The notes beneath the pieces are model-generated. The model was not told the origin of the DNA, did no database searches, and saw nothing but the letters and a program-made list of their open reading frames with translations. Both the position numbers and the translations under genes were made by a program. Of a stretch of 43,148 nucleotides of DNA, positions 12,133-23,385 are shown piece by piece. This DNA comes from Octopus bimaculoides (taxonomy: Eukaryota): contig NC_068982.1 in NCBI RefSeq assembly GCF_001194135.2, positions 3,670,480 through 3,713,627 on the forward strand. Direction: 5' to 3'. Each line of letters starts with the position of its first letter. The stretch's first letter is position 1.

Positions 12133-12815
12133 ACTTCTTTTGAGCGATGAAAAGTGGAACGGCTGTTGGGAGGTGACTGCAGGGTGACAAGGATCTCTCC
12201 CATCCCAGTTACGAAAAAAAACGGACATTTTAATGTGGTGTGAATGAAAGTTGTGAATCTAGTCGAGTTAACGGTTCCTCATGAAGACAACATNNNNNNN
12301 NNNAGTTGTGAATCTAGTCGAGTTAACGGTTCCTCATGAAGACAACATGGACGCTGCTCGGGCTCGAAAGATTGACCGTTATGTAAACCTCGTCGAGGAA
12401 TGTGGAGACGAAGGCTGGAAAGCGGAGCATTTTCCAATGGAAGTCGGATGTAGAGGGTTTGTTGGACTCAGTTTGAGACGACTGCTGTTATCGTTAGGCC
12501 TAACTCATTGTAAGGTAAATACCACCCTGAGTGATATGCAAACTACAGTGGAGAAGGCTAAGCCGCTGGATTTGGTTAAAAAGAGACGATGAGCGATGAC
12601 TAGAAGAATATTGAGCTTTGTTTTTTAATAACCAGTTGATCTAGCAAGCGGGGCCTCCTATCAGTGATGGGGGCCGGTGCGCATAGATGCCGTCGAGAGG
12701 TAGGCCCCGAAACGACGCGCATTCTCTCCTGATAACCCCATACACTTGCTGGCTTCCGGTATGCGGAGTTCTCGACTGGTAGCACTTGCATGTGTGAGTT
12801 GTTTGCAAAACATAA
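12133..12815 (+). mobile_element. Hero/NeSL-type non-LTR retrotransposon 3' end (REL endonuclease plus 3' UTR)
   Basis: Reads DILMW..VVNLVELTVPHEDNMDAARARKIDRYVNLVEECGDEGWKAEHFPMEVGCRGFVG. ELTVP and EVGCRGF are characteristic of this group. After a frameshift it reads ASRWIWLKRD. A GC-rich UTR ends at (TA)n. Confidence 0.85.
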
Positions 12816-12823
12816 ATATATAT

Positions 12824-12897
<74 letters not shown>
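12816..12897. repeat. (TA)n microsatellite
   Basis: Directly visible. Confidence 0.95.
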
Positions 12898-12898
<1 letters not shown>

Positions 12899-13558
12899 CA
12901 GATACTTGGGGCCGGCCAGATTGGGGCAGCCTCGAGTGTAACCGGCAGACACTGCTATGATAATCTGGTACTCGACTGAGGATAGGAAACTCTGAATGAC
13001 CCGTCCTTGTCTTTTCTGTCCTTTTTTGTATCGTCTGACTGTCCGGATGTTTTGTTGTCGCCTGTTACGTTCTTGTTCCATTTTTTTTTTCTTATATAAG
13101 GAAAAATAAGGTATTCAGAGATCTGGATGGTTGTACATATTACAAATATTTATTAACATGCCACATGTTTTTAAAAATCACATATATGCGCTTTCATCTA
13201 CTCTAATAGATCCTTCGGATTTAAATTTGTCTCTTTTTATAGTATTAGTGAATGAGTTGGGGTGGAGAGAGAGGGAGAAAAGAGTAATGCGGAGTGCATA
13301 GGTAGGAAAAGAGGGAGAGGAATGGGGAGATAGTGGAGAGAGAAAGTGTGTGTGTGTGTGTGTGCGTGCGTGTGCGTGCGTGCGTGCGCGTGTGTGCCTG
13401 TGTATCTGAAAGGAAGCGTTTTGAACAAGAGACAAAGAGAAACGGAAAAGAATATATATCTTTAAGTAGGTGGTTAGAACAGATGGCAAAGAATTCAAAT
13501 TTGATGGCAAAGAGTACTCTTTTTTTCCACCTTGTTGCACATTTTATGTGCTTACTCC

Positions 13559-13602
<44 letters not shown>

Positions 13603-15254
13603 CAGCTAAAGTTTTAATATTTATACATTATGAAACATTATACATTTTGGGTTCAAAAAAAATGTGCCAAGGTCGGCTGTGCTTTTGACACCTCCAGTGT
13701 AGATATATTTTCTTGTGGCGTTACAGTTTTCCTTCTCTCTCCCTCTCAGTCTCTCTCCCTCTCAGTCTCTCTCCTTCTTTCTCTTTCTTTCTCTTTTCCC
13801 TCTCTCTCTCCCTCTCTTTCTCTCTCGCTCTATATATATGTTCACTTAGAGGCAATGAGCTGACAGAAATGTTAAGATTGCCAGATTACATAACTTAAAA
13901 GTGTTTTGTTTCTTTCGTCTAAATTATGAATTTGAATAGCGTTAATGGCTTAACCTTCCATTTACAAGCCAAGAACGGAATCTATGCATGTAAGGGTGAT
14001 TTACTAGAAATAGCATCCTTATTCCCTTCAAATACAACCTACGTTCCGAATTGTGCATCCATTCGCCAATGTAATGCTTGCCATACAAAAATCTACGATG
14101 TTTACGTTTGAAACGCCTGCTGGATCAGATTCATGGAGAAGCAGACGACAAATACAATAACCCTTCTCATATAACGTTGAGCTGAGTATTTGTGATATAT
14201 TCGTGGTAGTTCAATCAAATAAAGTTCGTCAGGATAATATGTTGGTCTTATACCTACACATGAGACCACGAGGGAAACACTACACGATCAATCAGTCTGC
14301 TAGACGTAGCAGCCAGTTCACAAACTACTGCTTTAAAAAGAAGATGCGGCAAAACACAGGCATGGTTATACAAAAAGAAACGGAGTGGTCACAGCTTGAA
14401 GGTTGATCATAAATCTGCTCGATCAAAGCTGACCTTAAGCTAGTGAAAAAGAGCAACAGTAGCAGCTAATATATTATCTGGCTCTATCCCATAATAAAAC
14501 TGCATTCAATAGCAGCAGCAACAGCGGTGGAGGCGGCTGCTCGGCGGACGCCATCTTTATCAGTAATCTCTCATTTCGAGATTGATTTCCATTAACACAT
14601 TTAATGCGACCTTAACTTGCTGAAAATGTCAATCCAGGATTTGCTTACTGTCCATGTACATGGCAGTTTGTATCCTGCGGATAAGGTATCCGTGTATGCA
14701 GCTGTAGCCATGCAGGCTTAAATGCTCACACAGACACATACATGCGTACAAACATACATTTCAGATTTGTAATCAGAATGGAAGATAACCTAGGTGGAGC
14801 ATAAGCAGCGACAGTGATGCTGTGTGATTATGTATTAATACAAACAGAAATATTATACGAAATATTTTGATAAAGCATTAATATGAAATGCTAAGATAAC
14901 AAACTTAACATCATTATCAGGATTTGAGAACCAAAATCGTGCCTTTCTAAAGAAGAGAGTTATTCAGAAAAATATTTTTTATACCAATTTCCTAAATAAG
15001 AAGTCGGGAGATCTATGGAAAATTTACGACATGAACTTGGTTGGTTCAATTCTTACTCGATATTCAATAAGAAATTAGTTACTCGAATGAGAATTAATTT
15101 TAATAGTCTCTGATTGAGTGTGTAAAAGGAACTTCCTTGAAGTTTAAGCCTCCTTCAAATTTAGTTGTTAAATTAGTCAATTAATTAAAATATATTAGCC
15201 AACCAATCAACGTAAATTGAATGTAGATGTATTCTGCATATCCTTTCTACAGGA

Positions 15255-15457
15255 GGCACAATACCTCAAATTTCTGGGGAGGGGACTAGTCGATTACATC
15301 GAGCCCAGCATTTCACTGGTACTTAATTTATCGATCCCGAAAGGATGAAAGGCAAAGTCGACCTCGGCGGAATTTAAACTCAGAACGTAACGGCAGACGA
15401 ATTACCGCTAAGCTTTTCGTCCAACGCACTAACGACTCTGCCAGCTCACCACCTTGT
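15255..15457 (-). mobile_element. SINE family A
   Basis: Reverse-complement match to the copies at 2922 and 4716. Confidence 0.88.
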
Positions 15458-15494
15458 TATATATTATATATAAATGAAATACACAGGACTTATG

Positions 15495-15822
15495 TGTGGA
15501 GGCGCGTTGCTTAGTGGTTCGAGATATTCGGTTCACAATCATAAGATCATGAGTTCGATTCTGGGCAGCGCATCGAGACTTTACGCAAAACACTTTATCT
15601 CGCATTATTCCAGTCTATTCAGCTTGTAAAAGTAAGGTTGGACTTGTATTTCAACGGGCCGGCCTTGTCGCATTCTGTGTGACGCTGAATCTTCCTGAGA
15701 AGTACTTTAAAGGTATTCGTGTCTGTGGAGTACTCAACCAATTATGCGTTGATTTCACAGGCATGTTGTTCCGTTGATCGGATCAACTGGAATACTCGTC
15801 GGCGCAACCGACGGAGTGCCAT
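15495..15822 (+). mobile_element. tRNA-derived SINE family C (about 330 bp)
   Basis: Head GGAGGCGCGTTGCTTAGTGGTT (A box) and GAGTTCGATTC (B box). The body differs from families A and B. Confidence 0.65.
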
Positions 15823-15848
15823 TTATTACATAGAATATATTCTTTGAA

Positions 15849-16055
15849 AGGCGGCGAGCCGGCAGAAACGTTAGCATGCCGGGCGAAATGCTTAGCGGTA
15901 TTTCGTCTTTACGTTCTGAGTTCAAATTCCGCGAAGGTCGACTTTGCCTTTCATCCCTTCGGGGTCTATTAAGTACCAGTTGCGTACTGGAATCGATCTA
16001 ATCGACTGGCCCCCACCCCCAAAATTTTGGGCCTTGTGCCTAGAACAGAAAAGAA
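15849..16055 (+). mobile_element. SINE family A with a 16-bp target-site duplication
   Basis: AGAATATATTCTTTGA (15832-15847) and AGAATATATTTTTTGG (16052-16067) flank it. Confidence 0.92.
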
Positions 16056-16620
16056 TATATTTTTTGGTTTTTAGGTAAGGCTATTCTTCATCATGAGGTG
16101 TTCATCCTTATTAACGATAGAATAGTGCTTCTCAAATTTACTCCAGGTAAAATTTAATCTTCTTTCAGTCAATGGTTAAGAAGTTATTGCCAATAATACC
16201 GAACTTATCTGCACCTCTTCGACAGTCTGCAGCTAAGTGGAGCCGACAGACGCCAGTTTTAGTTTTACAAGGACGCATAAATAAATGTTTGCAGATAAGT
16301 GAAGTAGTTCAGAGTTAAGTTAATATCTTGGTCATTGACTACAAACAGTACTATAGAATACGAGCCGGCACCTTTTTGGCCAATAACAAAAGAATTTTGA
16401 GTCTATTTATAGAGTCATCGAATGCCTGACATTTTAGAATTTCATCATCTGATTTAACCCACTCTGACCCCACGATCACTTTTTTCTGATTCATAAGTCC
16501 GAGATTATCTTGGAAAAAGAAAGACCACGTGTTTTTGTTGCTGTTTAACTCTCAGTCACTCTGTTTCCACGGATCCATGATCAAAGGTTTTCTAACCTTA
16601 ACTAGCTATCATTTATATAA

Positions 16621-16663
<43 letters not shown>

Positions 16664-16823
16664 CATATCTTCGCTGAGTTAACTTGTGATTCCCGAGCGG
16701 AAACGTCACCTTAATGTAACTAAGGTGTCTTTGGCTTGATGGGTAGTTGGCTGAGTCCCCCTCCTTGAGTAATTATTACATCAGAGGATCTGCCAGCTAG
16801 GAAACATATGTCCTCAATTTGGG

Positions 16824-16825
<2 letters not shown>

Positions 16826-16858
<33 letters not shown>

Positions 16859-16912
16859 TTATATATATATATATATATGAACACACACACACATATATAC
16901 ATGTACACACAC

Positions 16913-16943
<31 letters not shown>

Positions 16944-17062
16944 CATACATACATATATACATATCTATATATACATACATATATATACATATATGTATAT
17001 TTATATATGCATACATGCATATGTGTGTGTATATATATATATATATATACATACATATATAG
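16826..17062. repeat. Compound (TA)n/(CA)n microsatellite; a second block lies at 17257-17484
   Basis: Directly visible. Confidence 0.95.
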
Positions 17063-17063
17063 A

Positions 17064-17255
17064 TCGTTGACCAGACTATTCAATTTTTTTTCTCCGTGTT
17101 TTTCTCCTTGTTTTCCCCTTATTCTTTCTGTTGAAGAGTGTAGCTCGAAACGTTAAAGACTTTCTGTATTCCTGAGCGTCAAACTAATACATCCTTTTGT
17201 TGTTTACACCACCTGTCCTCGTCTGTTGTTGTTTTTTTTTTTCGTACATTCTCAT
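17064..17255 (+). mobile_element. Probable Penelope-like terminal-repeat remnant between (TA)n tracts
   Basis: Contains a minimal hammerhead-like motif (17123-17159), as described for Penelope-like element terminal repeats. The family assignment is inferred. Confidence 0.5.
17123..17159 (+). ncRNA. Minimal type I hammerhead ribozyme-like motif with one core substitution
   Basis: TCTTT-CTGTTGA-A-GAG-TGTAG-CTC-GAAA-C-GT-T-AAAGA. Stem I is TCTTT/AAAGA, stem II is GAG/CTC, and stem III is the loopless palindrome AACGTT. The CUGANGA box has A6 changed to U. Confidence 0.6.
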
Positions 17256-17340
17256 ACATATATGTATATATATATATATATGCAGACATGCATATATATA
17301 TATGTATACGCACACACACACACATATATATATACATACA

Positions 17341-17371
<31 letters not shown>

Positions 17372-17417
17372 ATATATATATATATACATATGTACACACA
17401 TACACACACACACACAC

Positions 17418-17487
<70 letters not shown>

Positions 17488-17649
17488 AATTATCCACAAG
17501 CACTCAAGCAAATTCGTTCCATTTGCCAAAAGGTTTGCAAGGCAGCGGCAGCAGCAGGTCTCAAGACACACATTCGTGTCCATAGAACGTGATTAACGCT
17601 TTATTTCACTAAATCCTCATTTGTCGTTCACGACAAGAGAATCCATCAT

Positions 17650-18255
17650 ATGTATGTCATTATGCAGTTTATTTCAAGATTTCTTGCCAATAGAGAAAGA
17701 ATCGGTTTCTAACCTCGGTCCAAGGCTCCTTCATTGGAATTTCAATATCAACAACAGGCTATTTTTGTTTGTTTGTTTGTATGTATGTATGTATGTATGT
17801 ATGTGTGCAGATTTGTATGTATTCTCATGCATATAGTTACATATCTAGACACGCTCATATATATTTAAATGATAAACTTCTGGAAAGTTTTACAGATTTT
17901 TCCAGTTCCAGTGATGGATTGGATCTGTAGTCTTTGAATAAGCTTTCTCTTTTCTGGTTTTGAGAAGCCTAATTTCTTCAAGATTGGTATTTGGGCAGTG
18001 TGTTACATATCCCAAGACCCCAATAATTACAGGTATAAACCTGACCTTGTAATCTGGATAGAGTAACTGCAGATTTCTCAATAGTTCAGCTTATGTGTTC
18101 TCTTTTTCACTGATCTTCAGCTTTATGTTAACATCTGCTGGGCAGCTAATTTCCACAACTGTGCACAGTTTCTCTTCTCTATCCCAAATCATATTAGGTG
18201 TGTTGTGCTTACATCTTATTGAGGTTTTCAGTGGGACATTCCACCAGTATTCCTA
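17650..18255 (-). mobile_element. R4/NeSL-like LINE 3' end (REL endonuclease plus UTR)
   Basis: Minus strand reads EYWWNVPLKTSIRCKHNTPNMIWDREEKLCTVVEISCPADVNIKLKISEKENT*AELLRNLQLLYPDYKVRFIPVIIGVLGYV, a PD..(D/E) REL-type pattern. The UTR boundary is approximate. Confidence 0.8.
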
Positions 18256-18287
18256 TTTACGTATGTATGTATGTACGCACGCGTGAA

Positions 18288-19558
18288 CGAGGTGTTATCA
18301 AAAGGTTCCCGAACGAGTTGCGTTTAACCCATTAAGTCCCAGAGTACTTAAATTTCTGAATATTACTTTAAAATCTTTACAGATGATTGAAAATAGGTTA
18401 AAATGAAAAAAAAATAATAATTAAAACTCCTGTTCTTCAAGTAGAAATGGAAATATTCGGTGTTCTATAAATAGGACACTGAGACAATGTGATACAGCTT
18501 ATTTAATGTTCTCATTTAGTGTCCTATTTACAGGACAGTGGGACTTAATGGGTTAATAAAGAATAACTTATTTACCTAAGTTTTAACATCATCACCTTCG
18601 AAATGTTCACCTTNNNNNNNNNNNNNNNNNNNNNNNNNNNNNNNNNNNNNNNNNNNNNNNNNNNNNNNNNNNNNNNNNNNNNNNNNNNNNNNNNNNNNNN
18701 NNNNNNNNNNNNNNNNNNNNNNNNNNNNNNNNNNNNCACCTTGCACAGCAATTCACTGGTCCCAACGTTCCTGCCACTTTTGAAATCCGGCCTGGAAGTC
18801 GATTTCCGTAATCGAGTCGAGGACCTTCTGCGATTCGCTCTGGATTTCGACAACGGTGTTAAAACGGCGACCTTTGAGCTGCAGTTTCATTTTGAGGAAG
18901 AGGTAGAAACTCGTAGGTGCTAAATCTGGCGAATAGGACGGACGCAGAAGCGATACCATGTTGTTTTTGGCAAGAAACTCGCGAATGAGGAGAGCGTGGT
19001 GCCGGGGTGCATTGTCGCCGTGAAGAATCCAGTTCTTCGCGCTCCAAAGATCCGATGTTTTTTTTTTTTGCCCAGTGCCCTCCCTTAAATGCTTAAAAAC
19101 GTCGCAGCAGAACCTCTCGATTGGCGGTTTGGTCCTGGAGGACGAATTCTTGATGCATTGTACCACATTTCCGGGAATGGCGCTAGTGACAGGTCTTCCA
19201 GATCGCTTTTCGTCTTCCAGAGATGTTCTCCCGCTTTTGAAGCATCCGTTCCACTCGAAACATTGCGTACGACCCATTTCCTCGTCGTCGTAAGTTTGCC
19301 GAAGCATGTTCAATGTCTCTAGAGCAGACTTCCCAAGTTTAACACAAAATTTCGCGTTGGCTTTTTGTTCCTGTCCATGACAAAATCACAGACTGCAGCA
19401 TACATATGATTACAAAAACACAAATTTCACAACTTGCGATGTCACTCGGCACACTGTCTCATGAAGGTCACTGCTAGCTCTCACTGCGCATGCAACTGTG
19501 TGCTGCCATCTGTTGGCGAGCTACAGAACTAGTCCGGGAACTTTTTGATACCATCTCG
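18288..19558 (-). mobile_element. Mariner (DD34D) transposon, internally deleted, both TIRs present
   Basis: TIRs CGAGGTGTTATCAAAAGGTTCCCGAAC (18288) and GTCCGGGAACTTTTTGATACCATCTCG|TA (ending 19558). The remnant at 18753-19313 has the HTH region (CFEW..FKSGRTSLED..RSGRP), WILHGDNAP and YSPDLAP. The first catalytic D region is missing. Confidence 0.92.
18328..18552. mobile_element. piggyBac-type MITE (225 bp) nested in the mariner
   Basis: TTAA|CCCATTAAGTCCCA ... TGGGACTTAATGGG|TTAA: perfect 14-bp TIRs with a TTAA TSD. Internal inverted repeat TAAATAGGACACT / AGTGTCCTATTTA. Confidence 0.9.
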
Positions 19559-19605
19559 TATGTATGCATATATGTAGTGACATGCTTATCTTTTTGAAAT
19601 AAATA

Positions 19606-19988
19606 CTTTTCCTTTATTCTTTTACTTGTTTCAGTCATTTGACTGTGGCCATGCTTGGGCACTACATTTAGTCGAACAAATCAACCCCAGGACTTATTCT
19701 TTGTAAGCCAAGTATTCATTCTATCGGGTCTCTTTTGCCGAACCGCTAAGTTACCGGGATGTGAACACACCAACATCGGTTGTCAAGCAATGGTGCGGGA
19801 ACAAACACATACACACACAAACACACATACATATATACGACGAGCTTCTTTCAGTTTCCGTCTACCAAATCCACTCACAAGGCTTTGGTTGGCCCGAGGC
19901 TATAGTAGAAGACACTTGCCCAAGGTGCCACTGAACCCGGATCCATGTGGTTGGTAAGCAAGCTGCTTACCACAGCCACTCCTGCGCC
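19606..19988 (-). mobile_element. SINE family B (about 390 bp)
   Basis: Reverse complement of 31056-31475. It has a tRNA-like head, a central (TA/TG)n and a GAAACAAGTAAAA tail. Confidence 0.9.
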
Positions 19989-20650
19989 TGCTCATTAAAT
20001 AGCAAAGAACATTAAATTGTAAAAGCAGGTTTTCCTATGACTGAGGTTCTGATGATAAATATAAAGTCTCGACCTTCCTCGGCAGTAGTTAACATCTATT
20101 AGATACCACGAAAAATGAAGCGCTCTGTTTGCGATACTAAAACAGCATTTGCTGAATATTATAAGGTAAGCATGAATATTGTTTTATAAATAACTCTCTC
20201 TTATTTAATTACAACATACAGTGTTTATCATGTGTTGAAATAAAAATATATTGCCTCATCCAACACTTTTTACATCATTCTTTATGTCCACACATTTTAT
20301 AAATAAACCTCAACAACACACATCTATATGCTTGTGTTTGTTTAAAGCATTGAAGTAGTTGTAAGAACGGTGCAGTGAGTTCAGGAATTACAATGTGGCT
20401 TTAGCACAAAGAAGCAGATTCTTATTAGAATTCTTTGATTGTTTTAGGCAAAAGAAAATGAAATACTGGTTGTATAAGCTGACTAAAAGGTGGTGTATGC
20501 ATATCAGGTTTATCAATAAGAATAATGTCGTACTTCTTTAACCTTTTACGTTCGTTTTCGTTCAGATATTATGCATTCGTCTATATATTTCTCAACTTAG
20601 GCAAGTCAGTCGGTAGGTAGGTGTAGATATCTAACAATATATATGACGGT

Positions 20651-20662
20651 ATGTGTGTGTGT

Positions 20663-20726
<64 letters not shown>
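20651..20726. repeat. (TG)n microsatellite; (TAT/CAT)n at 21155-21250
   Basis: Directly visible. Confidence 0.95.
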
Positions 20727-20729
<3 letters not shown>

Positions 20730-21204
20730 AGTTGTTATTCTAATATAATTGTATATTTGTCATGTATTATTGTTATTTGTATTTGATTTTACAGTCTATT
20801 TGTATATTCTTTCTATGAATCAATCAATTTATTTGTCTGTCTTGTTATGTATATATCCTTTCCTTTCACCGGTTGATCTTGCGGCTGTGTTTTTGCTAAT
20901 GTTTGTATAGCTGTATCCGTGTGTTGCGTTGATAAAGAGACAAAAGCAGTAAGATAGTGAGATCAATGTAGGGATTAACAGTAAGAAGAGATATCAGGAA
21001 CATATGCAATGGTGCACATTCTAAGAATTGATTGAATAACAATTGCTTTCTGGATAATCCTTTAATCTGAAGTAGGAAGATTTCCAACGCCAAGCATACG
21101 AAATTCACTCGCTCGCTTCTCTGCCTATTTCTGGAGATGTTAACGCTTATCACTATTATTATTATTACTATCATTATTACAATTACCATTATTATTCATC
21201 ATCA

Positions 21205-21247
<43 letters not shown>

Positions 21248-21842
21248 CATCAGTCGATCTTTCTTATTCAGATTCCCAAATTGTTTCGCTTTATTCACAA
21301 CAACAATATTGAAAATATCAGATGGCCTTAATCCAACATAATCTTTCGCTCCTCTAATCTGGGACTAAGCAAGCAGCATGCCCTGAATGTATCCCATTAA
21401 TCATCCTGCATTAGCATAAGTAAATAAAAGATGATGAAGTTTGTGTTTTGCGATTCTGTGAATGGTTCAATTTAGTCAGTAATCTTCAATATGATGAAGA
21501 GGAAAATCCTAAAACAGAGGCTGAGATGTTTTTCAGTGCATTGTGGTCGGGGGGAAAAGATGACCGCCAAAACTTCTCGTATTTTTATCTTTAAAACTAT
21601 CTTTTCGTGCGATGATGGTGGATGGCTTAAGATTATTCAACTGGGAACCGAACTGTTGTTTCACAGATGACAGCTTACTGCTGATTATTATTGGCACTTG
21701 CAGAAAGTTGCCATTGTCGCAGACAACTTGTAAAAATTACTTTTCTGTCTCTGGGACTCTTCTTCCTGTTTCTGTTAATACTTAAATTTAGTCTCTCGTT
21801 TTCAATGCTTTGGATGAAGAATCCCGAATTGGGACATTAATA

Positions 21843-21975
21843 AGGCGGTGGATTAGCAGAATTTTCACCGCATCGGTTAATATGACGCGCGGTATTTAGT
21901 TTCGGTCGTTTGTATTCTGAGTTCAAATCCTGTCGATGTCAGCTTCCTTCGAGGGTCGCTAAACTTATGCACCAA
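21843..21975 (+). mobile_element. Old, degenerate SINE family A copy
   Basis: AAGGCGGTG...ATTCTGAGTTCAAATCC...TTCGAGGGTCG. Confidence 0.6.
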
Positions 21976-22019
21976 TAAAGTTTTTCTTGTCCACTTATTT
22001 TATCTTTTATCTTTACTGC

Positions 22020-22768
22020 GACCATGCTGGAGTACATCCTTGAAGAATTTTAATAGACCTCAGTATCTGTTTTTTTTTTGTTTTTTTTTTAAGCCTGGTA
22101 CTTATTCTATCGGTCACAAGGCTTTGGCCGGCCCACGAAATTTTTTTTTCCACGAGAGTTCCGGATTCCAGTTATGAACTCATTTGCATACAACCTATCA
22201 GAGCCCAACTATCTAATTTATGAGCGCATAACAAGTGATAGGTTATAAGATAAGGTCACTCGGGTAAGGAATGACCATGCTTCTTTTCTCTTTCAAGAAT
22301 GCTTGTTCTTGTTCCAACCATGGCTGCCTCTGCGTAGTTATTTGTGTTGTTGTTTACTTTGTGAAACATTAAGAGGAGAGGGTTGCTAGTACATCACCCT
22401 CTACCCACATTTTCCCCATCCACATCTTTACCGTATGGAACCATAATAAAATCCGATAATAGGTAGAGATGCAAATCTAATTACCTGCCTCCTAAAATCG
22501 GGCACAACTTGGCGGCGATCGGTCGACTTATAACACCGCTCTTGAATGCCAACCTTTGTTAACGTGACAAGGTGAAGGTAAGCTCTGATTGGTAGTATGC
22601 AAATGAGTTCATTACTGGAGGGTCCGGAACTCTCGTGGGAAAAAAATTTCGCGGCCGGCCCGAGGCTATAGTAGAAGACACTTGCCTAAGGTTCCACGCA
22701 GTTAGGACTGAATCCGAAACAATGTGGTTGATAAGCAAGCTTCTTACCACACGGCTTCGCCCCTGCGT
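22020..22768 (-). mobile_element. SINE family B, split by a MITE
   Basis: CACAAGGCTTTGGCCGGCCC [insert] GAGGCTATAGTAGAAGACACTTGCC. The same sequence is contiguous at 19877-19921. Confidence 0.85.
22135..22652. mobile_element. MULE-like MITE (518 bp; about 70-bp TIRs; 9-bp TSD)
   Basis: TIRs at 22135-22204 and 22582-22652. GGCCGGCCC is duplicated at 22126-22134 and 22653-22661. The superfamily is inferred from TSD and TIR length. Confidence 0.8.
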
Positions 22769-23002
22769 CTATTTATTTCTGTCTTGAATTGCACATCGGT
22801 CCCTACTTGGACGGTTCCAGTAGTATTTCCTTTTGTTTTTGTTTCCGGTTTTGTTTTTTGTTTCTTTTGGGGTTTTTTTGTTTGTTTTTTGTATGAGAAA
22901 AGGTTGGAATCCTTTTGCTCAACTGTTTTCCATTTCGGAAAGCCAAAGGAACGCTGTTGATGATCCCTCATGACTCTTTTTAAAGAGCAAAGTTGCCGAT
23001 TC

Positions 23003-23385
23003 CAAGAAGGATAAATAGAGGGAGAAAGGATGAAAGATAAAGTTGACTTCGACAGGATGTGAACTCAAAGTGCTGACAGCCGGAGCAAATAGCTTCTGTC
23101 TCTGAGATATCGACTTCAGGTGGAATGATAGGAGCGTCGTCGTGGCATCTGCATCGAAATCTGGCAGAGCCAATCCCTAACCACAGACTATTTCTTCCAA
23201 AGAGAAGGAAGAAGGAAGAGAGGAAGAAAAAAAATCACTCCACTGCTTATCAGGTACTTTTCTTTCCAACCCTCAAAGGATGAAAATTAAACTTGACTAT
23301 CAAGGGATTTGAACTTAGAATAAAGAGCTCCAACTAATACCGCAAAACATTCTATCCGATGCTCTGCTGACCCTATCAATTCGTA
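23003..23385 (-). mobile_element. Two very degenerate SINE family A remnants
   Basis: AAAGGATGAAAGATAAAGTTGACTTCGACAGGATGTGAACTCA (about 23026) and AAAGGATGAAAATTAAACTTGAC...GATTTGAACTTAGAA (about 23275). Confidence 0.5.

Noticed and set aside
14476-14556. Minus-strand ATG giving a signal-peptide-like MASAEQPPPPLLLLLLNAVLLWDRAR*
   Set aside because: It stops after 26 codons with no good donor site, and the leucine run comes from a CAG-type repeat.
20103-20165. 63-bp candidate exon IPRKMKRSVCDTKTAFAEYYK with a GTAAGC donor
   Set aside because: The acceptor is weak and the peptide unrecognised. Nearby candidate exons at 20448 and 20566 do not give a convincing continuation.
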